Assembly (NCBI GenBank): GCA_030038175.1
Contig: JASHPN010000372.1
Location: forward strand, 2,169 to 66,168
Length of the DNA: 64,000 bases
From: Verrucomicrobiia bacterium
Lineage (GTDB): Bacteria; Verrucomicrobiota; Verrucomicrobiia; Limisphaerales; UBA11358
Reading direction: 5' to 3'
Part shown: positions 26,501 to 36,218 of the stretch, piece after piece
Position numbering within the stretch: the stretch's first letter is position 1
Layout: each line of letters opens with the position of its first letter
The notes under the pieces: model-generated
Databases searched by the model: none
The model's input: the letters and a program-made list of their open reading frames with translations, nothing else
What the model was told of the DNA's origin: nothing
Translations under genes and position numbers: made by a program

Positions 26501-27715
26501 GTGAGTAAAACAATTTATGGTTCCCTGACCGCCGGCCTGATTTTCTGCCTGGCGGCGCGCGCGGCGGACACGCCGGGGAAATTTCTCGGCGCCAATTCCT
26601 GCGCCAGCTCCAGTTGTCACGGCGGCGGTGGCGCGAATCAGAACCAGTTCCTCATCTGGTCGCTCAAAGATTTTCACTCGCAGCGGCCGTTCGCCACGCT
26701 GGCGACCGCGCGCGCCAAACAAATCGCCGTTGCGGCCGGCATCATGGATCCGATCACGGACGAACGCTGCACGGCCTGTCACACACCGTTGCGGGACGTG
26801 CCGGAGGATTTGCGCGGCAGCGATTTTAGGATTAGCGAAGGTGTTTCCTGCGAAAGCTGTCATGGCCCGGCGGGAAGTTGGATTCGGTCACATACGCGGA
26901 CCGATTATACGCGCGCCGAGCGCACGGCGGCCGGAATGCGCGCCCTGGAAAATCTTTACGTCCGCGCCAACGCGTGCGTCGCGTGCCACCAGGTCGTCGC
27001 CGAACCATTGCTGAAGGCCGGCCACCCGGAATTGATTTTTGAATTGGACGGCCAGAGCGTGGCCGAACCGAAACATTGGACCGTGGCCAGAAACGGCATC
27101 GGCCCCCAGGCGTGGTTCGTCGGCCAGGCGGTCGCATTGCGGGAAACAAGCTGGGAACTGGCACGCGAAAAATCACCGTCGGAAAATGAAATGAACCGTT
27201 GGGGCGGCCTGGTTTGGCTGTTGATCCGCGCGGACAAAGTTGACCCTGATTTGCCGAAGCCGCCGGACGTCACATTCCGTCCAAACCCGGAAAACTTTGA
27301 ACTGGTCCAAAAATGGAGCGACGGTCTGGCCCGCGCCGCGGCGGAGATTTCATGGACGAACACGATGACCCAAACCGCCCTGCTGGCGCTGTCTGGCACG
27401 GCGGCTGATTTCAGGGAGGCGGTCCCGCAAGCAGTCAAGGCTCGCCGCGCCGAACGCCTGGTGCTGGCGCTGGACCGGCTCGTCATGTCGCTGCCGCAAA
27501 TCCGGCGGAGCGCGCCGCTTAATGGCGCGCTGGACAGGTTGTTCAGCGACGCACAGTCGCTGCCGGATTTCAAACCGGCTGATTTTGCCGCGCATCTTGA
27601 AGAGTTTCAGAAACAGGTACAATTGGCGGCGGTGGACAACCGACCAGCCCGCACCACGCATTTGCCATGGTGTCAAACCGCTGTCCGGCAGGATCGGAAA
27701 ACTATTTTTCAGTAA
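26501..27715 (+). CDS. Secreted multihaem (about four haems) c-type cytochrome with C-terminal non-haem domain
   Basis: The track ORF starts at 26207, but that stretch overlaps the divergent reductase gene. The in-frame GTG at 26501 gives a signal peptide, (V/M)SKTIYGSLTAGLIFCLAARAADTPG. Haem motifs CTACH, CESCH, CVACH plus an atypical CASSSCH (CX4CH). The exact start is uncertain. Confidence 0.72.
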   Translation: MSKTIYGSLTAGLIFCLAARAADTPGKFLGANSCASSSCHGGGGANQNQFLIWSLKDFHSQRPFATLATARAKQIAVAAGIMDPITDERCTACHTPLRDVPEDLRGSDFRISEGVSCESCHGPAGSWIRSHTRTDYTRAERTAAGMRALENLYVRANACVACHQVVAEPLLKAGHPELIFELDGQSVAEPKHWTVARNGIGPQAWFVGQAVALRETSWELAREKSPSENEMNRWGGLVWLLIRADKVDPDLPKPPDVTFRPNPENFELVQKWSDGLARAAAEISWTNTMTQTALLALSGTAADFREAVPQAVKARRAERLVLALDRLVMSLPQIRRSAPLNGALDRLFSDAQSLPDFKPADFAAHLEEFQKQVQLAAVDNRPARTTHLPWCQTAVRQDRKTIFQ

Positions 27716-29711
27716 GGTCAATTTCACCCATCCACTCGGCATTGGGCGGGTGAATGGCGAATTGCCGAATTTGCTCCAGATAAAATTTGCTGGGACCGTC
27801 GTTGGGCCGGAGTTCAAGAACTTTCGTGAAAGCCGCTCGCGCTTCGTCAAATTCCTTGTGCATAAATCTGCTCAACCCGGTGATGAAGGTTTTCCTCCAT
27901 TCGGCGGTGGCCTGTTCCTCCTCCGGCAGGCCGACCATCTCATGCACCTCGACCACCTGGTTAAACCCCTTAAACTTGAAATAGCCGGCCAACCGGGAAA
28001 CGATCTTGCCCTCGCTGGATTTCTGGATCTCGCGCGTGGCCAGAATGTTTGTGCCAAGTTGTTTGTTCAAGCCTTCCAGGCGGGAAGCCAGATTGACGCT
28101 TTCGCCGATTGCGGTGTAGTCAAAATGGGTTGAGCTTCCGATATTGCCCACGCACACCGCGCCGGTATGCAGACCCACGCGAGTATATAACGGAAGATGC
28201 CAACTGGCCTCTTCAAATCTTATCAACGCCCGGTTTAGCAGGATGGCAGCCTTGCAGGCGCGATACTGGTGGTCGGGCTGCTCTTGCGGGGCGTTCCAGA
28301 TCGCAAAAATCGCATCGCCAATCAGGTTCATCACCGTTCCGCGCGTTTCATGCACGCAACCGATGGCCGTTTCGTAGTAGGCATTCATCAGCTTGACGAG
28401 ATCCTCGGTAATCATACGTTCGGATATTTTTGAAAAGCCCGCGATATCGCTGAACAGGATGCTGACGGTTTTCAATTCGGCGCCCGGTTTCAATAAGTCA
28501 GGTTGCCTCAGGATTTGTTTCACCGACTCCGGCGAGAGATACAATGCCAATGAGGTTTCCAGCACCTGGGTCTGGACATAGGACTTGACGGAACTGAAAA
28601 GATAGGCCCAGCTCAGCCCGATCGGGATTTGGATTGCGACAATGATCATCCACGACATCCAGACATGAAATCGGTCGGCCATGATGATGGCCAGGGTCGT
28701 CACGATCACGGCGGCCGCGGCGGCCAGTCCGGTGGCCGCGACCGGACGGTAACAACTCAAGCCATAACCAAGAAGAATCCCGGCAAAAATAAAAAGCATG
28801 GTTTGCAGACCGTCGGGCAGCCGGGTCATCCAGTCCTGGCGGACAAGGTTGGCAAAGGTGAGGGCGTGGATTTCCACACCGCAAGGAAAATACCCCGTCA
28901 GCCACGTCCATGGACTGCGGAATTGCTCTTTTTCCTGGCCGCTATAACCGGCCACCTCGCCGGAACCGACGAAAACCACCTTGTCTTTAAGTGAAATATC
29001 CGCGGGCAATTGTTTTCCGGAAATGACGTCGCAATACGAAATAGCCGGAAACGGCGCGCTGGAATAATAATTCAGCCAACGCTCGCGCAGGCGGGTCTCC
29101 GGCCGTTGCGTGACCTCGGCTCCGGAAATTTCCGCGGCCTTCCAGGCCAGGCTGGGAACCTGGCCGGTGCCCGGATATTGAATGCGCGCGGCGAAATCTG
29201 TGTCCCGGTTAACCAGCGCCAATCCCCAGCCCGCCGCCACATTTCGAAATAGATCAATCGGGGGCCAGACAGTCGCGCTGTTGTATCCCAGGTGAGTGTC
29301 CTGGTAAAACTGCGCGCCTAATACCACGCGGCCTTGATTTTGAATCGCCCGGGCAAATTCCTGGTCGGCGGCGGTTATCGGGCCGGAATCGTCAATGAAC
29401 AGAATGTCAAAAACAATCAATTTGACTCCGGCCTGCTTGAGCCGGTTCACCAGTTGGGCGTGCAGCCCCCGGTCGAAGGACGCCGGATCCTGATTCAGTT
29501 GGCGATATGACTTCTCGTCCAGATAAATAATCACCACGTCATTGATTTTGGCTTCGGGGCGGAAGAGGAAGGGAAGGTCAAAACTCCAATCGCGCAGTCC
29601 CTTGCCGAAGGGAAACCAGAATAAGGCCAGCCCGGTGAGCGTCGCCAGCAACGCCCCCACGCCGCCGCCAAACCACGGCTGATGCAAACGTTTTTTGAAG
29701 CCGGCGTCCAC
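27702..29711 (-). CDS. CHASE2-domain class III adenylate/guanylate cyclase (paralog 2)
   Basis: 669 aa with the same architecture as 16751-18859: N-terminal TM, CHASE2-like region (VVIIYLDEKSY, IVFDILFIDDSG), three TM helices. Cyclase core VSILFSDIAGFSKISE...LIGDAIFAIWNAP...YTAIGESVNLASRLE. TPR-like tail (ARAAFTKVLELRPNDGPSKFY). Confidence 0.85.
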   Translation of the reverse strand: MDAGFKKRLHQPWFGGGVGALLATLTGLALFWFPFGKGLRDWSFDLPFLFRPEAKINDVVIIYLDEKSYRQLNQDPASFDRGLHAQLVNRLKQAGVKLIVFDILFIDDSGPITAADQEFARAIQNQGRVVLGAQFYQDTHLGYNSATVWPPIDLFRNVAAGWGLALVNRDTDFAARIQYPGTGQVPSLAWKAAEISGAEVTQRPETRLRERWLNYYSSAPFPAISYCDVISGKQLPADISLKDKVVFVGSGEVAGYSGQEKEQFRSPWTWLTGYFPCGVEIHALTFANLVRQDWMTRLPDGLQTMLFIFAGILLGYGLSCYRPVAATGLAAAAAVIVTTLAIIMADRFHVWMSWMIIVAIQIPIGLSWAYLFSSVKSYVQTQVLETSLALYLSPESVKQILRQPDLLKPGAELKTVSILFSDIAGFSKISERMITEDLVKLMNAYYETAIGCVHETRGTVMNLIGDAIFAIWNAPQEQPDHQYRACKAAILLNRALIRFEEASWHLPLYTRVGLHTGAVCVGNIGSSTHFDYTAIGESVNLASRLEGLNKQLGTNILATREIQKSSEGKIVSRLAGYFKFKGFNQVVEVHEMVGLPEEEQATAEWRKTFITGLSRFMHKEFDEARAAFTKVLELRPNDGPSKFYLEQIRQFAIHPPNAEWMGEIDLTEK

Positions 29712-29886
29712 CGGGCGAAGTTACGGCATCAGACACGCGGTGTGAAGCAAAACCCGTTTGCTGAGGCTGGGAGCCGCTGGCCGGCCCCGAACCATTGTTC
29801 TTGCTTTAGTTTCAAAATTACATATAGGTGTTCCCGTAATTCCCTTGCGGCCAACCCGGCTATATCCAGGCGTATGGCTTCCGCCC

Positions 29887-32800
29887 TTGAATGCGAAAAC
29901 AATTTTCGCCGCCGGCCTGTTTTGCCTGCTGGCCTGCCGGCTGCCGGCTCAAACGGCTTCACCGGCCCCTGGCCCCATGACCAATTATCTGGCCGTGATC
30001 CAGGGCGATGTGGAAGTCAGCCTCGCCGGATCGGGGCCCTGGGTTCCCGCCAAATTGAACCAGACGTTGCGGCCGGGCGACCGCGTGCGAACCGGCGAGC
30101 GCAGCCGGGCCGATATTTATCTGGCCGGCGGGATGGTCATCCAAAAGAGCGAGTTTTCTGAAATTGAAATCCCGCCAACCGGCAACGTTGTTTTCCGGCG
30201 GGGCATTTTCAAAATCTTCGACCGGGAGCGGGACCATCGTTTGGAGTTGCGCATGCCCACGGCCACGGCCGCGATCCGCGGCACCGATTTTCTCGTGCGC
30301 GTGGGGGACGATGGCACTTCTGAAATCATCGTTTTGGATGGCAGCGTCGCGCTCAAAAACGCCCACGGTGAAGTGCTTTTGGCCAATAACGAACGCGGCC
30401 TGGCCGAACCCGGACAACCGCCGCGGAAATCTGCCGTCATTGAAGCGGTTAATGATTTGATTCAATGGAATCTTTACTACCCGGCCGTGGTGGACGTGGA
30501 CACGCTTGGCTTTACCGCCGCGGAGCAACAGGCCCTGGCCCCGTCCCTGGATGAATATCGCGCCGGCGATCTGGTTCGTGCGTCCGATGCCTACGACTGG
30601 AAGCGCGCCAACCTTTCCGATGCCGAAACCATTTACCGCGCCGAACTTCTGTTAAGCCTGGGCCAGGTGGACGAAGCCAAAAAACGGCTCGACACGGCGC
30701 CTTCCCTGCCCGCGGCGTCCGCCTTGTTGAAATTGATCAAGGCGGTCAAGTTCGAACGGACCACCGACACACACCCCAATGCCACTGCGGCGGAATGGCT
30801 TGCGGAATCGTATTATCAGCAATCGCTCGCCAATCTTCCGGCGGCCCGATTGGCAGCGCGGCGGGCGGCCGACCTGGCGCCTGGCTTTGGTTTCGCGTGG
30901 GAGCGGGTCGCGGAATTGGAGTTCTGTTTTGGCCGATCGCATGAAGCGTTGATCGCGCTGGACAAGAGCCTGGAATTGTCGCCGCGAAATGCGCAGGCGC
31001 TTGCGCTCAAAGGATTTCTGCTGGCAGCGCAAAATAACATCCGGGATGCCACCCGGTGGTTTGATCGCGCCATTGCCACCGACGGGGCGCTGGGAAACGC
31101 ATGGCTCGGCCGCGGTTTGTGCCGCATCCACACGGGCCGCCGCTCCGAAGGGCTGCGCGATTTGCTGATGGCGGCGGCGCTTGAGCCGCAGCGTTCGCTC
31201 CTGCGGAGTTATCTGGCTAAAGGATTTTCTGACGCGGGAGAAAACGTTTTGGCCGACAAGGAAATCAGACTCGCTTTGCAGCTTGACCCCGGCGACCCGA
31301 CGGGCTGGCTTTATTCTGCCTTGATTGAGCAACAGCAAAATCAGGTGAATCCAGCCATCACCGACATGGAAAAGTCCGAATCGCTCAACGACAACCGGCA
31401 GATATTTCGCTCGAAGATGCTGCTGGACCAGGACAATGCCGTTCGCAGCGTCAATCTGGCCACAATGTATGACGATGCCGACATGTATGATGTGGGGGTG
31501 CGGGAGGCAGCCAGGGCCGTGACTTACGATTATGACAACGCTTCCGCGCATTTGTTTCTTTCCGACAGCTACAACGCCTTACGCGACCCGACGGGGTTTA
31601 ATCTGCGCTACGATACAGCCTGGTTCAACGAATTGCTGCTGGCCAATCTGCTGGCCCCCGTCGGCGCGGACCGGCTCTCTCAGACTCTTTCCTACCAGGA
31701 ATATTCCAAATTATTCGAGTCGGACGGACCAGGGTTTGCCGATGAAATTTCCTGGCGCAGCGACGGCGAGCTTAACGAAATGGCCGGGCAATACGGGACT
31801 TACAAAAACACGTCGTGGGCGGCGGATTTGGACTACCAGCACAACAACGGCGTGCGCGCAAACAACCAGCTCGACGACACTTCCGGGGATGTAACGGTCA
31901 AGCAACAACTCACTCCGTCGGACACCGTCCTGGGGATCGCGCAATTTGAAAATTATCATTCGGGCGACAATTTCCAATACTACAATTTCTACACTGCCTA
32001 CCGGACAAATTATGAATATGGGGAACATCAGGATCCGACGTTCGTTGGGGGATACCAGCACGAATGGTCGCCCGGCAACCGCACATTGGTGCTGGGAGGA
32101 CGACTGGAGGACGAGCAACACTTTTCACAGAGTCAGGCGCCGCAACTGGCGGTGTACCTGAATCCGTCAGGCACAATTGCCGACGTCTTTAATCAACCTT
32201 TTGATGTCGCGCTTCAGGACGAACTGCTCATTTATACCGCTGAATTTTGCCAAATTGTTCAGCAGGATAGATATACGCTGATTGTCGGCGGGCGCTGGCA
32301 AGGCGGGCAATTTACGTATTCCGATTCATTAACCCCCAACCCGCCGTCACCGCCCCTTTTTGACCCGGCTTCGGGGTCGTTTTCCGCGCCGTTCCAACGG
32401 CTCGATGGTTACGGTTATCTCACGGTCAAGCCAGTTGACAAACTGTGGCTTACCGGCGGCTTCGCGTACGATGCCATGACCTATCCCGCCAACTTCCGCA
32501 ATGTGCCTGACAGCGGAGGCACGGACGAGCGGCAACTGCCGGAACCCAAAGCCGCCATTGTCTGGAGTCCGCTCAAACAGGTGACGCTGCGTGGCGTCTA
32601 TGCGCGTTCGCTGGGCGGCGTAAGCCTGGATGACAGTTACCGGCTCGAACCGACGGAACTCGCCGGTTTTGTGCAGACTTTTCGTTCCGTGATTCCCGAA
32701 TCCATCGTCGGCAGCGTTTCGGCGGAGGACGTGCAATTGGAGGGCCTGGCGCTGGACCTCAAATTCAATCACGGCACGTTTGCCGGCCTCGAGGCGCAAA

Positions 32801-33345
32801 ACCTGGATTCGACGGTTCGGCAAACCATTGGCGATTTCCTGTTCCCTAATACACCGGTGTTCCAACCGTTCGCGCCGTCCACGACACCCCAAAGTTTTAA
32901 CTACTATGAGCAATCCTTTTCCGCCAGCATCAATCAATTGCTGCCGGACGGATTTGTGGCGGGCCTCAGTTACAATTTTACCCATTCAGAACTCAAAACC
33001 ACCTATCCGCAAATTCCCGCTGCCTTCCTGCCCTCGCAGGACCAATGGGCCTGCCTGCACCAGATTGGCGCCTACCTGCTTTTCAACCATCCTTCCGGGT
33101 TGTTTGCCCAATTCGACGCGCACGGCTACTTGCAACAAAACTATGGTTACTCACCCGCGGAGCCAGGCAACGATTTTGTCCAGTTGGATTTAGAGGGTGG
33201 CTGGCGGTTTTTTCAAAGGCGCGCCGAATTGCTTGTGGGAATCCTGAATCTCACCGGCCAAAATTACAGCCTCAATCCGCTGAATGTGTACTCTGAACTG
33301 CCGCGCAAATGTGTGTTCTATGGACAATTTAGTTTTGAGTTTTGA
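29887..33345 (+). CDS. Fusion protein: FecR domain + TPR repeats + C-terminal outer-membrane beta-barrel-like domain
   Basis: The track ORF begins at 29758. The in-frame TTG at 29887 gives a clean signal peptide, (M)NAKTIFAAGLFCLLACRLPAQ; the start remains uncertain. FecR-like core (RPGDRVRTGERSRADIYL...AAIRGTDFLVRV...IVLDGSVALKN). TPR-like segment (ALDKSLELSPRNAQALALKGFLL, RLALQLDPGDPTGWLYSAL). ~600-aa Y/G/N-rich C-terminal region ending ...VFYGQFSFEF. Confidence 0.75.
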   Translation: MNAKTIFAAGLFCLLACRLPAQTASPAPGPMTNYLAVIQGDVEVSLAGSGPWVPAKLNQTLRPGDRVRTGERSRADIYLAGGMVIQKSEFSEIEIPPTGNVVFRRGIFKIFDRERDHRLELRMPTATAAIRGTDFLVRVGDDGTSEIIVLDGSVALKNAHGEVLLANNERGLAEPGQPPRKSAVIEAVNDLIQWNLYYPAVVDVDTLGFTAAEQQALAPSLDEYRAGDLVRASDAYDWKRANLSDAETIYRAELLLSLGQVDEAKKRLDTAPSLPAASALLKLIKAVKFERTTDTHPNATAAEWLAESYYQQSLANLPAARLAARRAADLAPGFGFAWERVAELEFCFGRSHEALIALDKSLELSPRNAQALALKGFLLAAQNNIRDATRWFDRAIATDGALGNAWLGRGLCRIHTGRRSEGLRDLLMAAALEPQRSLLRSYLAKGFSDAGENVLADKEIRLALQLDPGDPTGWLYSALIEQQQNQVNPAITDMEKSESLNDNRQIFRSKMLLDQDNAVRSVNLATMYDDADMYDVGVREAARAVTYDYDNASAHLFLSDSYNALRDPTGFNLRYDTAWFNELLLANLLAPVGADRLSQTLSYQEYSKLFESDGPGFADEISWRSDGELNEMAGQYGTYKNTSWAADLDYQHNNGVRANNQLDDTSGDVTVKQQLTPSDTVLGIAQFENYHSGDNFQYYNFYTAYRTNYEYGEHQDPTFVGGYQHEWSPGNRTLVLGGRLEDEQHFSQSQAPQLAVYLNPSGTIADVFNQPFDVALQDELLIYTAEFCQIVQQDRYTLIVGGRWQGGQFTYSDSLTPNPPSPPLFDPASGSFSAPFQRLDGYGYLTVKPVDKLWLTGGFAYDAMTYPANFRNVPDSGGTDERQLPEPKAAIVWSPLKQVTLRGVYARSLGGVSLDDSYRLEPTELAGFVQTFRSVIPESIVGSVSAEDVQLEGLALDLKFNHGTFAGLEAQNLDSTVRQTIGDFLFPNTPVFQPFAPSTTPQSFNYYEQSFSASINQLLPDGFVAGLSYNFTHSELKTTYPQIPAAFLPSQDQWACLHQIGAYLLFNHPSGLFAQFDAHGYLQQNYGYSPAEPGNDFVQLDLEGGWRFFQRRAELLVGILNLTGQNYSLNPLNVYSELPRKCVFYGQFSFEF

Positions 33346-33369
33346 AGGTGCATCTTGACACTGTTCTTG

Positions 33370-33472
33370 GGTAGGGACGGCGCGCTGCGCCGTCCGCGCC
33401 GCGTTCAGCGGCGCAACGGTTACGCGAGCCTGCTCCCGAATGGACAATTCCTTCCGCCCGCTTTACGGGCGG
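33370..33472. repeat. Three-hairpin repeat element, intergenic copy
   Basis: 48-nt core GGTAGGGACGGCGCGCTGCGCCGTCCGCGCCGCGTTCAGCGGCGCAAC with hairpins GACGGCGC/GCGCCGTC and GCGCCGC/GCGGCGC, plus a distal hairpin CCGCCCG-CTTTA-CGGGCGG. A second copy lies at 53093-53196, inside the PKS gene. Confidence 0.8.
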
Positions 33473-33624
33473 AGATCCCGCAATGCGAAATCGCGTTTCC
33501 TTTTTTGCACTTTTGACTTGCATTCGCCGCCAAAAGTTGTCTTATACACAATATAACCATTGCCATAATCAGTCGGGAACGCCGTCCGAGTTCGATAACA
33601 AAACTGCGAACGGCTGCGTTTTTG

Positions 33625-35337
33625 ATGAAGCCATTAAGTAACAATACATGGGGGTTCGGGACTTCCTTGAAAAAATGGATTGCGGGAGACCGTCTAAAAC
33701 TCACCGGAGACCGGCGTCTGCTGTGCGGGTTTGCTTTGGTTTTTTGCGTTGCGGGCTTTTCAGCCCTGCCTTGTTTCGCCCAGGAAGGTCAGACGAATTT
33801 CTTCACTTTTTTCTCGCTGGCAGGATCCGGTGATAATCCCGGCAGCGCCGATGGCCTGGGCACCAATGCGCAGTTCAACAACCCTAATGGCACGGCGGTA
33901 GATGCCAACTTCAATATTTTTGTGGCGGACACCGGCAACAATACGATTCGCAAGATCATCACGGTTGAAACCAACTGGGCGGTGAGTACCCTGGCCGGAT
34001 TGGCCGCAATGACTGGCACCAACGATGGGTCAAACAGCGTGGCACGGTTCAATAGTCCTGAAAGCCTCACGGTTGACAGCACCGACAATGTGTTCGTGGC
34101 GGATACCAGCAATAACGTGATCCGAAAGGTCTTTTCCCTGGGGACCAATTGGGTGGTGAAGACCATCGCCGGTTCGGCCGGAACTCCAGGAAGCTCTGAC
34201 GGCACGAACAGCCGCGCGCAATTCAACGGCCCTCAAGGCATCACGGTGGGCGGCAACGACACTCTTTATGTGTCTGATACCGGCAACGACACGATCAGAA
34301 AGCTCATTTCCCAGGGGACCAATTGGGTGGTAACCACGATTGCCGGCACGGCCGGAACTAATGGCGGCGCCGACGGCACGAACGGTCTCGCGCAGTTCAA
34401 CGCCCCTGAAGGCATTGCCATGGACGGCGCCGGAAATCTTTACGTAGCCGATTCCGGAAATAACACGATTCGCAAGATATCTCCGCTGGGGACCAACTGG
34501 ATCGTGACCACCATTGCTGGTTTGGCCGGAGTCCGTGGAAGCAATGACGGCTCGAACAGCGGCGCGCTGTTTTTTTCTCCCGGCGGTATTACTGTGGATA
34601 GTGCGACTAATCTTTACGTGACGGATAGTGGGAATGATACGATTCGAGAGATCGTTCCCTCCGGCCCCTTAGGAACCAACTGGGTGGTGACGACCATCGG
34701 CGGCATTGCGGGAGAGCCGGGCTACGCGGGGGGCTCGGGCACTAACGCTCTGTTTACTGATCCCAAAGGCATCGCCGTCAACTCATTTGGCAATCTCTTC
34801 GTGGACGGCCCTCTGACCGGCGGGGTTATTACTTTGACCGAGATAGGGGGGGGCCAAACACCCGTCCTTGTCGAAGTCCCTCTGGATCCGCCGACGGCAG
34901 TAACCGCTGGCGCCGCCTGGAAACAGTTTGGCGTCAATGAATCTTTCGCGGTCAAGGATCAAACGCAGCTGATCTCGGTTTTTCCCGCTATTTTGCAATT
35001 CTCGAACCTCATCGGATGGAATGCGCCAGTCGCTCCGCCGCTTCCGATCACCCTCTCTCTCGGACTTAATGTTGTTCCTCCCCTTTCTTACACCGTGGTG
35101 CCTCCGGTGATGAGCGCGAGCAGGACAATCGGCCTGGGAATTGCCGGAACAACTAACACCACCTATGCAATCCAATATTGCACCAACCTTTTGCAGGGAT
35201 CATGGCAAACGTTGACGACCGTCAGCCTGCCAAACGGAACCAATAATCTCGAGCCCTGGCCGCCGCCCTGGCCATTCGTAACTGCCCAAAGCGGCTCGAA
35301 CGCAACCTTTTTTCGAGCACAGTGGACTGGCAACTAA
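33625..35337 (+). CDS. Secreted NHL-repeat beta-propeller protein (paralog 2) with C-terminal beta-sandwich module
   Basis: ~570 aa (ATG at 33625; TTG at 33622 in the track). Signal/TM segment LLCGFALVFCVAGFSALPCFAQ. Repeats of FNxPxGxxVDxxxNxFVADTGNNTIRKIxxxGTNWVVTTIAG. The C-terminal ~70 aa resemble the tails of the 7655-8923 and 55723-63162 products. Confidence 0.85.
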   Translation: MKPLSNNTWGFGTSLKKWIAGDRLKLTGDRRLLCGFALVFCVAGFSALPCFAQEGQTNFFTFFSLAGSGDNPGSADGLGTNAQFNNPNGTAVDANFNIFVADTGNNTIRKIITVETNWAVSTLAGLAAMTGTNDGSNSVARFNSPESLTVDSTDNVFVADTSNNVIRKVFSLGTNWVVKTIAGSAGTPGSSDGTNSRAQFNGPQGITVGGNDTLYVSDTGNDTIRKLISQGTNWVVTTIAGTAGTNGGADGTNGLAQFNAPEGIAMDGAGNLYVADSGNNTIRKISPLGTNWIVTTIAGLAGVRGSNDGSNSGALFFSPGGITVDSATNLYVTDSGNDTIREIVPSGPLGTNWVVTTIGGIAGEPGYAGGSGTNALFTDPKGIAVNSFGNLFVDGPLTGGVITLTEIGGGQTPVLVEVPLDPPTAVTAGAAWKQFGVNESFAVKDQTQLISVFPAILQFSNLIGWNAPVAPPLPITLSLGLNVVPPLSYTVVPPVMSASRTIGLGIAGTTNTTYAIQYCTNLLQGSWQTLTTVSLPNGTNNLEPWPPPWPFVTAQSGSNATFFRAQWTGN

Positions 35338-35518
35338 CGATGCCGGTATCCACTTCGGGAAAGCGGACGATTCGGGATGTGAGTTTGATGAAGGGCAGGC
35401 GACATGCGAAGGCTCATACATTCCGCGTTCCCCGTTCTTCCTCAATTTTGGCCAAAATGATTTTTGAATCCAAAACGATATTCCAATGCATCTCACTCAT
35501 TAGGAAATCAAAGACGTT

Positions 35519-36208
35519 TTGAACAAGGCGAAAAACATAACGAAATTATTGACGGCGCTGTTTATAAGTGCGGTTGTGCTTTCTTTCTTCGAACCCGGGC
35601 CGATATCCCATGAGTCATTGCGCGCGCAAGCTGCGAAGACATCAATCACTGGTTTAATCGTTACCGGCTGCTGGCTCGTCTTTCTCGTGTATTGGCTCGT
35701 CAGCGCTTTTACCGTCAAACCAATGGCGGACGAATACGGCCGCGCTTCGTCCCTTTCGTATCGGATCCTGCAATTATCCGGTTTCTGCCTGTTATTGACC
35801 ATGAAATCGAGCTTTCCTCCGCCGTTAGACTTTCCTCTGACCCCGCAAAATATTGTCGCCGGCGCGACGGCTGCGGCCGTTTGCGTTCTGGGCCTGGCGA
35901 TCGCCCTATGGGCGCGCTGGATGCTCGCCGACAACTGGAGCAGTGGCGTCGAGTTTAAACAGGGACATCGGCTGATGAAAACCGGCCCTTATCGTTTCGT
36001 GCGTCACCCGATTTACACAGGCATTCTTTTGATGTGCGCCGCGCTGGCCATGGAATCGGGCCGGCTCCATTGCTGGCTCGGCCTCGCCCTGATCTGCATT
36101 GGCCAATGGGTCAAAATCAGGCAGGAGGAATCTCTCATGCTGCGCCATTTTCCGGGGTACGCGGATTATCGCCGGGCGGTTAAAGCCCTTGTGCCTTTTG
36201 TGATTTAA
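35519..36208 (+). CDS. Isoprenylcysteine carboxyl methyltransferase (ICMT)/phospholipid methyltransferase-family membrane protein
   Basis: 229 aa, TTG start in the track. Multiple TM helices. C-terminal family motif GPYRFVRHPIYTGILLMCAALAMESG ... EESLMLRHFPGYADYRR. Confidence 0.75.
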   Translation: MNKAKNITKLLTALFISAVVLSFFEPGPISHESLRAQAAKTSITGLIVTGCWLVFLVYWLVSAFTVKPMADEYGRASSLSYRILQLSGFCLLLTMKSSFPPPLDFPLTPQNIVAGATAAAVCVLGLAIALWARWMLADNWSSGVEFKQGHRLMKTGPYRFVRHPIYTGILLMCAALAMESGRLHCWLGLALICIGQWVKIRQEESLMLRHFPGYADYRRAVKALVPFVI

Positions 36209-36218
36209 TGAACGGAGC

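Noticed and set aside
29758-29886. N-terminal 43 codons of the 1195-aa ORF
   Set aside because: There is no signal-peptide character until the TTG at 29887 (NAKTIFAAGLFCLLACRLPAQ). I kept this as an alternative start only, because non-ATG starts cannot be proven from sequence.
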